In this document: one piece after another, positions 32,801 to 49,329 of the stretch
Layout of the letters: every line of letters starts with the position of its first letter
How positions within the stretch are numbered: the first letter of the stretch is position 1
DNA from: the human T2T-CHM13v2.0 reference genome, Homo sapiens
Length of the DNA: 64,000 bases
Reading direction: 5' to 3' (one strand)
Assembly (NCBI RefSeq): GCF_009914755.1
Contig: NC_060947.1
Translations under genes and position numbers: made by a program
Notes under the pieces: generated by a model
The model's input: the letters and a program-made list of their open reading frames with translations, nothing else
Databases searched by the model: none
What the model was told of the DNA's origin: nothing

Positions 32801-33867
32801 TACCATAATGATAGTTTATTGGAATTAATAAGAGAATGATTGTAAATATTTTTTAATTACATAGCTGTGTATTTTTTTCTTGTGCAGTATCGATATCTCA
32901 GTTAATTAGCATCCAAAGGGATAAGCACCTTTATAACCACTAAGCTGTTTTTCTTGTCTCATTTTTAATCATAAAATCCAGTATTGGCAGTAAATCAACA
33001 GTAGACAGATTGCTGTGTCCTGTTTCCTGCCTTCCTTCAAGACATTCCTTGTAAAACTGCTGGCAGTCTATTAGAGATCTTGGTCAATAATCTTAAGTAA
33101 CCCAATCTAAATTATGTTCTGTATCACTCTTGAGCTTCAGAGGTCAAGGAAGCTAGAGAAGAAGGAGAGGAGTCAGATGGAATGGAAATCTGCTGTCTCC
33201 CAAGCTGCACCCACAGAGCCACAGATTGGTCTATCTGCGGCCCATTGAAATTCCTGGCCCACTGGCTACCATTTCTGCCAAATATACAAAATGACTTTCA
33301 GAAATTATACTATTATACTATACTAATTATAGTCTTAGTCTTATCTTATTCAGTGTATAAACGGGTAGAGAGAGTTTTTTGCACAAATTGTTAAACTTAA
33401 GTTTAAGTGCTGTTTAATAATATAGATTACCATAGTCTCTCCTTTTAAAAAAATCCTAGGTAATATTTGAAAGCCTGACACACTTTTATCTCTGGCCCTA
33501 AAAATGCCATCACGTGTATCCTTATAAGAGGAAAGCAGAGGGAAATTAAACAGACACATTAAGGAGAGGGCCATGTGATTTTTACCTCTGATAAAATTCC
33601 TAATAATGAAGTGTGCTGTTTGAACACATCTTCATCATTAGAGTAATCACCATAGAATTGTCTGCTTGAAGGAACATGGGAGTTAATGGAGAAATAACTT
33701 GAAATCAGAACTCTAAATTCACATCAAGAATAACCTAAGTGGAATTGAGGCAAATATTATACACATACACCCTATATGCTAGATCACAGTACTGTGCACT
33801 TTGCATAGATTATTTCTAATCCTTTTAACAATTTTGTAAGCTAGTTACTGTTTCTCATTTAACATAC

Positions 33868-36135
33868 TGATATGGTCTGGCTGTGTCCTCACCAAAATCT
33901 CATCTTGAATTCCCACGTGTTGTGGGAGGGACCTGGTGGGAGTTAATTGAATCACAGGGGCAAGTCTTTCCCATGCTTTTCTCATGATAGTGAATAAGTC
34001 TCACAAGATCTGATGGTTTTAAAAAGGGGAGGTTCCCTGCACAAGCTCTATTCTCTTGTCTGCCACTATGTGAGATGTGCCTTTTACCTTCCACCATGAC
34101 TGTGAGGTTTCCCCAGCCACATGGAACTGTAAGTCCAATAAACCTCTTTCTTTTGTAAATTGCCCAGTCTTGGGTATGTCTTTATCTGTAGCATGAAAAT
34201 GAACTAATACAGTAAATTGGTACCAGTAGAGTGGGGCACTGCTGAAAAGATACCCAAAAATGTGGAAGTGACTTTGGAACTGGGTAATAGGCAGAAGTTG
34301 GAACAGTTCAGAGGGCTCAGAAGAAGGCAGGAAAATGTGGGAAAGTTTGGAACTCCCTAGAAACCTGTTGAATGGTTTTGACCAAAATGCTAATAATGAT
34401 ATGGACAATGAAACCCAGGCTGAGGTGATCTCAGATGGAGATGAGGAACTTGTTGGGAACTGGAGCAAAGGTGACACTCTTGTTTTGTTTTAGCAAAGAG
34501 ACTGGTGGCATTTTGCCCCTGCCCTAGAGATCTGTGGAACTTTGAACTTGAGAGAGATGATTTAGAGTATCTGGTGGAAGAAATTTCTAGGCAGCAAAGC
34601 ATTCAAGAGGTGACTTAGGTGCCATTAAAAGCACTCAGTTTTAAAAGGGAAACAGCATAAAAGTTTGGAAAATTTGCACCCTGACAATGTGATAGAAAAG
34701 AAAATCCCATTTTCTGAGGAGAAATACAAGCTGGCTACAGAAATTTGCATAAGTATCCAGGACCCGAATGTTAATCCCCAAGAAAATGGGGAAAATGTCT
34801 CCAGGGCATGTCAGAGGTCTTCACAGCAGCCCCTCCCATCACAGGACTGAAGGCCTAGGATGAAAAAATGGTTTCGTGGGCCAGTCCCAGGGCCCCTGTG
34901 TGGTGTGCAGGCTAGGGACTTGTTGCCCTGTGTCCCAGCCACTCCAGGCATGACTATAAGGGGCCAAGGTACAGCTTGGGCCGTGGCTTCAGAGGGTGCA
35001 AGCCCCAAGCCTTGGCAGCTTCCATGTGGTGCTGAGCCTGCAGGTGCACAGAAGTCAAGAATTGAGGTTTGGGAACCTCTGGCTAGATTTTAGAGAATGT
35101 ATGGAAATGCCTGTATGTCCAGGCAGAACTTTGCTGCAGGGGCAGGGACCTCATGGACAACCTGTGCTAGGGCAGTGCAGAAAGGAAATGTGGGGTCAGA
35201 GGCCCCACACAAAGTCCCCACTGGGGCACGGCCTAGTGGAGATGTGAGAAGAGGGCCACCATCCTCCAGACCCCACAATGGCAGATCCACCGACAGCTTG
35301 CACCATGCACCTGGAAAGGCCACAGACACTCAGTGCCAGCTTATGAAAGCAGCCAGGAGGGAGGCTGTACCCTGCTAAGCCACAAAGGCGGAGCTGCTCA
35401 AGACCATAGGAACCTACCTCTTGCATCAGCGTGACCTGGATGTGAGACATGGAGTCAAAGGAGATCATTCTGGAGCTTTAAGATTTGACTCCCCCACTGG
35501 ATTTCAAACTTGCACAAGGCCTGTAACCCCTTAGTTTTGGCCAAATTCTCCCATTTGGAATGGCTGTATTTACCCGATGCCTGTATCCCCATTGTATCTA
35601 GGAAGTAACTAACTTGCTTTTCATTTTACAGGCTCATAGCCGAAAGGGTCTTGCCTTGTCTCAGGTGAGACTTTGGACTGTGGACTTTTGAGTTAATGCT
35701 GAAATGAGTTAAGACTTTGTGTGACTGTTGGGAAGGTATGATTGGTTTTGAAATGTGAGGACATGAGATTTGGGAGGAGTCAAGGGCAGAATTATATGGT
35801 TTGGCCGTGTTCTCACTCAAATCTCATCTTGAATTCCCATGTGTTGTGGGAGGGAACTGGTGGGAAATAATTGAATCATAGGGGCAGGTATTTCCCGTGC
35901 TGTTCTCATGATAGTGAGTAAGTCTCATTAGATCTGCTGGTTTTAAAAAGGGGAGGTTCCCTGCACAAGCTCTCTTCTCTTGTCTGCCACCATGTGACAA
36001 GTGCCTTTCACCTTCTGCCATGATTGTGAAGCCTCCCCAGCCACGTGGAACTGTAAGTCCAACAAATTTCTTTCTTTTGTAAATTGCCCAGTCTCGGGTA
36101 TGTCTTTATCAGCAGCGTGAAAACAGACTAATACA
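33868..36135 (+). mobile_element. THE1B-like MaLR, complete LTR-int-LTR, inserted in a MIR
   Basis: LTRs at 33868-34211 and 35792-36135. TSD catac/catat. Confidence 0.92.
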
Positions 36136-36676
36136 CATATGAAGCAAAGATAGACTGAATGACATGCCTTCCCAAAGGTAAAAAAAATGAAAAGCTAGTA
36201 ATAACTGACAGCACTGGGGTTCCAAACTCATGTGTCTTCAAAGCCTATGTTCTATGTGTGATTTTCCACTCCTTTAACACACTACTGTGGCCTTCTGTCC
36301 CACATCTCAAATATTCTGTCCCACTGCAACCACACACCAGGGTCAGAAGAATTCTAAATCTAACAACATCCACACACCCCCCCAAGATTGCTTCTTGCAA
36401 TAGGAGGCAGAATGTAAATCTTACTTCTAGGTTCAATTTTTGTTTTAGAGAATAATGAACACCATTATAAAGCCCTCAGCTTTTCCCAATTTACCAATTC
36501 AAAATTGTTTCATCTGAGATGACACACAGCTTTCTTGGCCCCTTAAAGAGATGGGCTCTTATTACTTTTCAATATTTTTAACCAATTCAATAAACAAGGA
36601 TTAAAGAAAATTAGTCAAACAAATTTTGTCTAAAGGAGGATAACATCTTATAGCCAAAAGCATTGTGCTGAGTACC

Positions 36677-37866
36677 TGTCAAGAACTCTGAAGGGTCGGA
36701 TTTTGCCCTACTTGTAAGCCAGTATGTTAGCCTAACACTGTTGTATAGATGCTAGCAGAAGACATGAGACTCCCGTGTGAGAGACAGAGGCCTTTATTGC
36801 TCACAGCACAGCAAATGGCATGAACAGTATATTTGGGTCAGTTCCCCGTACTCCCCAAAATCTCATGGGGGCAACACTGATGGGCCCAGATGGATGCATG
36901 CACATGCAGTATTATCACATTATAGGAAAGGAACCTGAGCTGAGGGAACCCAAATCTTTTATCATAGTAAGCATGCCTGCCTTTTATTCTAAGGGAGACA
37001 TTATCTTTATTTTATTCAACATTAAGCATGATTATCTTTTGCTTTGGAGAGAAATACTATCTAATTTGTCCAAGGATGCAAGCAAATCTGCCCTTTGCTT
37101 TGGTTTGTTTCTGTTTTCTTTGTTTGCTTTTTAAGACAGTATCTTGCTTTGTCGCCCAGGCTGGAGTGCAGTGGTGTGATCACAGCTCACGGCAGCCTTG
37201 ACCTCCCAGGCTAAAGCAGTGCTATTGCCTCAGCCTCCTAAGTAGCTGGGACTACAAGCATGCACCACCAAGCTTGGCTATTTTTTTTAAGAGACAGGGT
37301 CTTGGGTGGGGGCAGTGGCTCATATCTACAATCCCAACACTTTGGGAGGCCGAGGAGGGTGGATTGCTTGAGTCTAGGAGCTTGAGACCAGCCTGGGCAA
37401 CATGGCAAAACCCCATTTCTACAAAAAATACAAAAAAATAGCCGAGTGTAGTGGCATGGACCTATAGTCCCAGCTACTTCGGAGGCTGAGGCAGGAGGAT
37501 CACCTGAGCCTGGGGAGGTTGAGGCTGTGGTGAGCCGATTGTGCCACTGCACTCCAGCCTGGGAGACAGAGCAAGACCTTGTCTCATAAAAAAAAAAAGG
37601 ACAGGGTCTTGCTATGTTGCCCAGGCTGGTCTCAAACTCCTGGGCTCAAGCAATCCTCCTGCCTTGGCCTCCTAGAGTGTTGGGATTACAGGTGTGAGCC
37701 ACTGCGTCCAGTCTGCACTTTGTTTTGAAGGCAAACAGTAGGTTTATCTTGCAAAGCTGTTCACTGTACCAACATCATTGAAAATAAAGTTCAGAACACA
37801 GGGCAGTTAGTGTCTCACTTGTAAGATGCGCAGAAACATGAAGCCATGGTGAACTGTCTTTGAACA
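36677..37866. mobile_element. Old ERV LTR interrupted by nested Alus
   Basis: tgtcaagaac...gcagaagacatgagactcc start; ends near tgaaca. Subfamily uncertain. Confidence 0.55.
37125..37713. mobile_element. Antisense AluJ with a sense Alu (37304-37598) inserted in its middle
   Basis: TSD gacagggtctt at 37293-37303 and 37600-37610. Confidence 0.9.
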
Positions 37867-40079
37867 GTACCATTCCTTTTCCAGCAGGGCTTAGAAGTTG
37901 CAGCCTAACCACGGAAAACATACAAGGTAAAATATTCAAATATCTTAATATCAAATTATCTGTCGTCCTGCATTTCCAGAGTCTGTGATAGAGGCAAGCA
38001 AATTCTGATCCTCACCTTCCAAGCCTCATTCTCCATATTTGCCAGGTAGCATCCTGACTTGACTCACAGCCTTTATCATCCATTTGACAAAATTCCATTA
38101 AACATTAACTATAAACTAAGCATGAGATGTTAGGGTAAATCAAAAGCTCAACCAGACACCAACTCTAGGTAATATCAATTCTTATTCCACTCCAACACCA
38201 AATAATACCTGCTTAGATAGTAACACTTCAGTGAAAGAATGCAAAAAGAATCACCTCCATTTAGTTCTACTAAAATTGTAGTTTCTATAATATAAAGCTC
38301 TTGGGGCTAGACCAATACAGCATCATCCTTGGGGTATGTCTCAAAGTTCACAGAAGTCTTACTGACTAAAAAAGAGGGGAGATGAACACTAGACTTGATC
38401 TGAACTGCATTTCTGAATCTACTACTACCTATTAAATAGTGCCAAAATCACTTAATTCCTATTTCAGAGCTATTGGTAATGACTAAATATTCTGCAACAA
38501 CCTAAAATCCCTAGAAGAAATAATCAATAGAAATGAAGGGAAAATTGTCAACTTGTACATAATGATAGGTAATGTTCATAAAGATAGAAAATAAAATGAT
38601 GGAAATTAGACCATTATATTCATTTCTTGTAACATAAAAAATATATAGCAGAAATATGTCTTCAGGAGAGTGCATAAAATCAGCCAACTCAGATACTTAT
38701 TTCCTAACATGAAAATGAAAAAATTAAATGTTCTCTGTTCTTTGGTAACTATTATTACTCAAATTTGAGCACAATTACAGTATGTAAAATCTGATTAATA
38801 TGTTCTCAATTGTTAGCAATTCCTCATCTATTTTTCTATCTAAAAGAACTGTTAAGACTAGAAACAAAAGCAGCAAGAAAACAGAAGGCACCACAGCTGT
38901 CTGTCGGATGCAAGGATGGAAAGTGTCTTTGAAGTATTAGAGACTGATACTGGATGGAGCCTGATGGGAAATGACAACCCCATGGCTCTGGCATCTGCCT
39001 CAACAGATGCCCTCTGCAAAGACAGGTGATTTCTTGATTCAGTATTCCCTAGAAGGGTGTTGTGCAGGACAAAATAATGAACAGTCTATAACACTGAGAC
39101 CTTGTTGAACAAGTAAGATGTATGGATTACAGAATTTCTAAGCTACTCCATGATGAATTAAAATTTTAACCATAAGTGCAGCAGAGAGAAAAAAACAACT
39201 TGTAGACATTGGAAAAAATGAAGGAAAAAAATGCTTCAAAGTTAACAATTATGATAAACAATAACAAGGAGATCTCACCGACCTGAAGCAACCAGTAATG
39301 AAAGGCTCATTTTCAGCACAGGAACCTTGAGAAGCAAAGGTGCAAACAAAAACAGATATTGCAAGGGGAAACCACAGCTGCTAACCAGAGGGCAGATACG
39401 TGCATGCTCAGTAAGGAAAGGACTGTGAGTCTCGCAACAATTAAGCCACATGGAAAGACAAGACCTTATTTAAAAGAAGAGGGAGGGGCAGCTCTATGCA
39501 GTTATCTGTAGGAAATTCTAGTAAGTTTTTCAGTTTCACCAAGAAATAATGACTAATGAATCACTGTAACAGCATTCAAACATCAAAGAGATATTTAAGA
39601 ATGGCACTATACTTCAACCATTATAAAATGTATTATAAATTTGTCATTTCAAATCAATGTAGTATTACTTATTAAATGGCTATTGAATAACTATATTTTC
39701 AAGACAAATACTATTGCTTTATCACATAACTTTTACTAAAATAAAATCCAGATGGAAGAAAAAGATAAACATGAAAATGAAGCTTTAAGAAAAACATTAT
39801 AGTGACTAGTCACCTAATATTAGAATGGGGAAGGAGTTTCAAAGTGTTAATATAAAGAAAGAATTCACACATGAAAGATTTCTAGGTTAAGTTACATAAA
39901 AAGAAGGAAAAACTTCAGTCTATCAAAAAGCAAAAAGATACCAACAACTCATAGATAAAACCTGGGCCAAGGACATAAACAGTTTCAAAATGAAAACTAT
40001 CAACGACCAAGACGCATATGAAAATATCTTCAACCTCACTGTAATCAAAATAAACGTAAAAATTATGATAACATAATTT

Positions 40080-40416
<337 letters not shown>

Positions 40417-41054
40417 TCAAATTTAAAGGTTTTAAAACTATCACTTGGTGTTGGCAAGGCTATTTTGAATTAGGCACTTCCATACATCATTGGTGGGAAT
40501 ACAAAATGAGGTAACTTCTCTGAAGTGCAATTTGGCAAAGTGAATCAAGGTCCTTAAAACTGTTCATAATAATTGATCCAATAATTCAATTAATAGCAAT
40601 TTTTGATTGAAACCTAATAGAGATATGTAAAAAATATGCATATTTCAGGATTATTTAAAATAGTAAAAATTAGAAACAACTTAAATGTCCAACAATAAGA
40701 TAAAGGCTAAACAAATTTTTATATCTTTAACATGGAATATCCTGTAGCCTTTAAAAATCATATTATAGACTCGATTCCTTAGTATGGAAATATGCTCACA
40801 GTATAATAACTAGAGTATTTAAAATGTAAAACTATATACACCAAGTGCAGCAATAGTTTTCTTTAAAGACCATACATAAATTTATAAAGACCTACAGGTA
40901 TGTGCAAGATGATGAGTGTTGGGAATATAAAGGAAATATACCAAAATATTAATGTTTATTCAAGGTTGCTGGAATGAGAAGCAATTTGTATTTTTTTCCC
41001 TATGCTTCTATTTTCCAAATGTTCTACAATAAGCAAGCACCGCTTTTGTTGTAT

Positions 41055-41845
41055 GCATACAAATGGCCAAGAAGCATATGAAAAAATGAAAAATATGAAA
41101 TGAAGAAATACTCAACATCACTAAGCATCAGAGAAATGCAAATTAAAACAGACAAAATTTTGAGACAGCCAATGTACCACCCTACACCAGTCAGAATGGC
41201 TATTACTAAAAAGTCAAAAAATAACAGTTGGTGAGGATATGGAGAAAGGAGAACGCTTATATATTGTTAGTGAGAATGTAAATTAGTACAACCCCTGGGG
41301 AAAACAGTATGACGATTTGTCAAAGAACTAAAAATAGAACTACCATTCCATCTGGCAATCCCACTATTAGGTATCTACCCAAAAGAAAAGAAATCATCCT
41401 CTTTTTCCAGCTGGAACCATGGAGGGTGTAGAAGAGAAGATGAAGAAGGTTCCTGCTGTGCCAGAAACCCTTAAGAAAAAGTAAAGGAATTTTACAGAAC
41501 TGAAGATCAAGTGCCTGAGAAAGAAGTTTGCCCAAAACATACTTCAAAAGGCAAGGAGGAAGGTTATCTATGAAAAAGCGAAGCACTATCACAACGAATA
41601 TAGGCAGATGTACAGAACTGAATTTCGAATGGCGAGGATGGCAAGAAAACCTGGCAACTTCTATGTACCTGCAGAACCCTGAGACTCAGAAATGTAGGAA
41701 GGTAGGAGCGGGTTGAGGGGTGAGAAACTACCTAATGGGTATAATGTACGCTATTCGAGTGATGGTTACACTAATAGTCTAGACTTCATCACTATGTAAT
41801 ATATCCATGTAACAAAACTACACTTGTACCCCCAAACTCATAACA
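41055..41845 (+). mobile_element. L1PB 3' region interrupted by the RPL7 fragment
   Basis: catcactaagcatcagagaaatgcaaattaaaac...; gagactcagaa...catgtaacaaaactacacttgtacccc. Confidence 0.85.
41397..41679 (+). pseudogene. RPL7 processed pseudogene fragment (5'TOP, 5'UTR and codons 1-87 only)
   Basis: tcctctttttccagctggaaccATG (ATG 41419), then MEGVEEKMKKVPAVPETLKKK*RNF...[16 protein letters not shown] at 41482. No poly(A). Confidence 0.92.
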
Positions 41846-41846
41846 A

Positions 41847-42688
41847 TTTTTTTATTATACTTTAAGTTCTGGGATACATGGGCAGAACGTGCAGGTTTGT
41901 TACATAGGTATACAAGTGCCATGGTGGTTTGCAGCACCCATCAACCCATCATCTACATTAGGTATTTCTCCTAATGCTATCCCTCCCCTGGCCTCCCACC
42001 CCACAACAGGCCCCAGTGTGTGATGTTCCCCTCCCTGTGTCCATGTGTTCTCATTGTTCAACTCCCACTTATGAGTGGGAACGTGCAGTGTTTGGTTTTC
42101 TGTTCCTGTGTTACTTTGCTGAGAATGATGGTTTCCAGCTTCATCCATGTTCCTGCAAAGGACATGAACTCATCCTTTTTTATGGCTATATAGTATTCCA
42201 TGGTATATATGTGCCACATTTTCTTTATCCAATCTATCACTGATGGACATTTGGATTGGTTCCAAGTCTTTGCTATTGTGAACAGTGCTGCAATAAACGT
42301 ACGTGTGCATGTCTCTTTATAGTAGAATGATTTATAATGCTTCGGTTATATACCCAGTAATGGGATTGCTGGGTCAAATGGTATTTCTGGTTCTAGATCC
42401 TTGAGGAATTGCCACACTGTCTTCCACAATGGTTGAACTAATTTACACTCCCACCAACAGTGTAAAAGTGTTCCTATTTCTCCACATCCTCTCCAGCATC
42501 TGCTGTTTCCTGACTTTTTAATGATCACCATTCTAACTGGCATGAAATGGTATCTCATTGTGGTTTTGATTTGCATTTCTCTAATGACCTGTGATGATGA
42601 ACTTTTTTTCTTATGTTTGTTGGCTGCATAAATGTCTTCTTTTGAGAAGTGTCTGTTCATATCCTTCGCTCAGTTTTTGATGGGGTTG
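41847..42688 (-). mobile_element. L1PA 3' fragment
   Basis: tttattatactttaagttctggg. ORF2 C-terminus [16 protein letters not shown]...[25 protein letters not shown]. Confidence 0.93.
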
Positions 42689-42935
42689 CAGTGAGCCAAG
42701 ATTGGACCACTGCACTCCAGCCTGGGCAACAGAGGGAGCCCCCGTCTCAAAGAATAAAAAAGTTAATTAATTAATTAATTCAACAAAATCATGCTTTCAT
42801 GTAACATTTTTTAAACCAAAAAAAACCCCTAATATCTGAATTGTTATGATTATTCTGATTAATGAAGTAACCAATGGCAAAACATGTATCTTAACCATGT
42901 CTAGTACATCAGAATTGATGATGTTCAATTAGTTT

Positions 42936-43549
42936 TGAGGCAGGAGTATAGGATCTGGAGGCAGGGCCGTTTCACGCTGACTTCCTAGAACTAAACTGAA
43001 AGGAAAACCCTAACTTTCCACACCTAAGTAACAAAAGGACCAGAGACTAGCCCCTTGGCAAACCCCCACTATTTCTGCATGGCAGATGGGAAATAGAAAG
43101 TACCTCTGATTGGTTGCTTTCTGTAACCAATCAGACTTTTGCATAGGCGTATAACTTTGTAACTTCAGCCTCTGATTGTTTGTTTTTTGCAACCAATCAG
43201 ACTGATTGCACGCCAAGTCTTCGTTAACATAGCAGTGCAGCTTTGTAACTTCACTTTAGGCTCTGTTTCATCGCTTTCTGCAACCAATCAGATTGATTGC
43301 AGGCCATCACTTCATTTATATGAGGTAAACACAAAGTGGCCAATGGGAATCCTCTAGCAGGGTATTTGGACCCAAGAACATTCTGTATTGGGGCTGTGAG
43401 AGGCTGCTCGGCCTGCTGCCACCCTGTAGAGTGTACTTTCCCTTTCGATAAATCTCAGCTTTTGCTGCTTCATTCTTTCCTTGCTTTGTGCATTTTGTCC
43501 AATTCTTTGTTCAAAACACCAAGAACCTGGACACCCTCCACTGGCAACA
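42936..43549 (+). mobile_element. MER51A-like ERV1 solo LTR
   Basis: tgaggcaggag...ctggcaaca, 4-bp TSD GTTT, repeated CCAAT modules. Confidence 0.85.
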
Positions 43550-45515
43550 GTTTGACTTTGATCTTTCTGCCTAGGTCAAGGTCAACCAGCCACTGAAAAT
43601 CAGGTAGATCTGTGTATACAATATACATTTTATTTGCATGTTAAGATACCTTAGTACCTTTCTACTGCATGAGAAAGGAAAGTCTAATATAATACGAGAA
43701 AGGTCTGCATCCAACTGACTCTCCAGGACAACTTAAGCAGGCTTCAGATTGCAAAACAAAAGTAGTCCTTGAGAAGAGAGGAAGAAAAAAGAAAACCAAG
43801 TGCAGGCCACTGTACTAAACAAAACTAATTGCTTTATCTTTGATTTATTCAGATTAAGACTAATTTTATAGCTGCATGCTGTACCCCCTAAAATAATACT
43901 GTATTTACAGAGCAAGGACCATCCTTACCTGAGCTATTTGATAGCAAAGCACTAACCACTGAATCCTGAAATTAAAAGCAATTTACAATAAATTGACCAA
44001 TTAAAAAGTAATGACAAATTCCACAAACTGGAAAAAAAAAATCCCATTTGTTTACATTAAGTGGTCAAGCAGCCCCTACACATCAGCACGGCGGCAGCTG
44101 CCAGTAAGACAAGACCAAATGGATTCAGATGGTTTATTACTAACACAGGCAGAGAAGGCATGATCAGTATGGTATCAGCTCCCCATGTCCCTAGTCCTAC
44201 AAGAGAAACCCAAACTGGAGGGACTAAATGAAAGACAACACACACAGTGGGTTGCTCTGTTGTTGAGGAGTCAATTCTAGACTGCAGCTATGTCATTTTA
44301 TAGTCACAACTGTGCCTGAAGGAAACTCCCATGCCTTACCAAAATGAAAATAGGAGATAATAAGCTGCCTTGAGGCCGCCTCCTGTAAGATACAGAGGTG
44401 GATAGGAAATGGCCTTGTGACAGCTCCTCACAAGTCTATCTTACCATGTATCAAGGAGGATCACAGAGTATTCCCCCAAGACTTGAGACAGATTGTGGTT
44501 GAGCCTTGCCTATGTGGCCTATGTGGGTACATGCAAGATCACCAAGGCACCATGGCAGAGGCATTGTCCTACACACAAATAGTATAGGAAGTCAGTATAT
44601 AAAATTGTCACACTCTTTCCCATAAAGTTTAAAAATTTGAGAAGCATCTATTATAAACTATTTCAGAGAGTCATAGCATTGAACCAAACACTGTCGAGAA
44701 TTTATATAGAGAATGCATTATCTGTCCTAAAGAAGTTTAAATTTCTCTGGGGAGAAAGCAATGTAAAGCCAGGAGCACAATTACACCTGGTTGTTTATTA
44801 ATATTAAACAGTAACTTAAACATCTAATGATAGAGGAATGGTTAAATAAGTTATGGTGCATCCATACATTTTTCTTCAGTGGAATGGTGGCATAAGGAAA
44901 ACTTTCTGAAAGAACAATGTAGAAGAAGAGTATACAATAGACTACAATGGAAAGATGTTTAAGGCAACAATATTATATTGATAAATGTGAGAAAGTTTAG
45001 TCATTCATTAAGTGATGAGGCTTTTTGCAAGAGAAGAAGCAGTGAATACAGAGAGCTGTTGTGAGTGCCTTTAAGCTCTGAGCCTACTAAGGATGATAAA
45101 CTTCGTAACTGAAAGGTAGCAGATCCTGGGATCTTAACTTTGCACATGGCTAATGGAGGAGAGCAGACAGTAAGAGGACAAAGTAAGACCAAGACATGCT
45201 AAAACACAATTTTAAACAATTCAGAGCTATACTACCGAGAAAACTCCTAAACCTAATCATGAAATGTCCATTTATCTCTAAATTTTTCCTGGACTTCATC
45301 TACAAACGTGATTTTCAAAATAGAATTTGTTAAAAGAACATATTAATCCTCAAAACATTTTGTAATGTAGTATTTTCAATGTCAATCTTATTTAACATCA
45401 TAAACAGTACTTTCAAATCAATTTTAATGAAGCGCTAACCTAAATATTTTTAAACGGCCAGCTACTCTAAAATAAAAACATATCTAGCGGCATAGTATAA
45501 GAATATATAAAAACT

Positions 45516-45866
<351 letters not shown>

Positions 45867-46683
45867 TCATATATCTGCTTATGAAGCAATAACAAGATAT
45901 GTCTTTTTTCTAATTTTTTTCATTTTTAAAAATAACAAAACAATAAAAACAAAAATCAGGAAAACAATGAGGGGTTCAGATATACACCCTGAAGAACAGG
46001 GTATATATTTATGAAGTAGTGGAAAACACAGAGGAAAACCAAAGGGACAAATTGTGCAGGGACTCAAAAAGGCACCCATGGGAAGAAGCAGGCTTAATTG
46101 AACAAAATATGCTAAACAACTACTATGTACCACACACTGTACTACTAGCTACTGGAGTGGCAACAAAGTCACTATACTCAAATAACTCTAAAACCAATAA
46201 AAAGGGAAATGCAAACAAATAACCCATATTTCTTTAATTCAACAATGCATATTTTCTTCTAATGCTAACATTTTTGAAATCTATGTATGCATTTACTGAA
46301 GTGGTGTTTATTTGTCAGAAAAGTTATTAAATTGATGGTGCATACTAGGGTGAAGGAAATATATTCACTGCAATACAAAATCACAGCGGCTATAATAGAG
46401 GTATAGAGTAATCACTGTTATGTAGAAGATGAGGGGAAAGGGAAAAGATAAAGGCCTGATCTGGGATACAAAGAATCAATAGGAGTTCACAAGGTGGAAA
46501 GCCAAAGAAGGATATTAACAGGAAAAAAAAAAAAAAAGAAAAACCCTGAGGCATCGAACAGCATGATACTTTCAACGAGCAGCACATATTATAGTTTGAT
46601 AGGCTGGAATGTAGAGGTCCGAGGCAGTATGAGACTAAACTGAAGTGCAGGTAGGTCAGGAATGCAAAGTGGGGTCATCTTAT

Positions 46684-49290
<2,607 letters not shown>

Positions 49291-49329
49291 AAGGGAGAAA
49301 AGAAGTAGATACAGAAGCCAAGGCCCTTG

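Noticed and set aside
38870-39480. Purine-rich stretch that reads like a decayed coding retrocopy
   Set aside because: No recognisable protein in the frames I translated, and no poly(A) or TSD. A BLASTX search would settle it.
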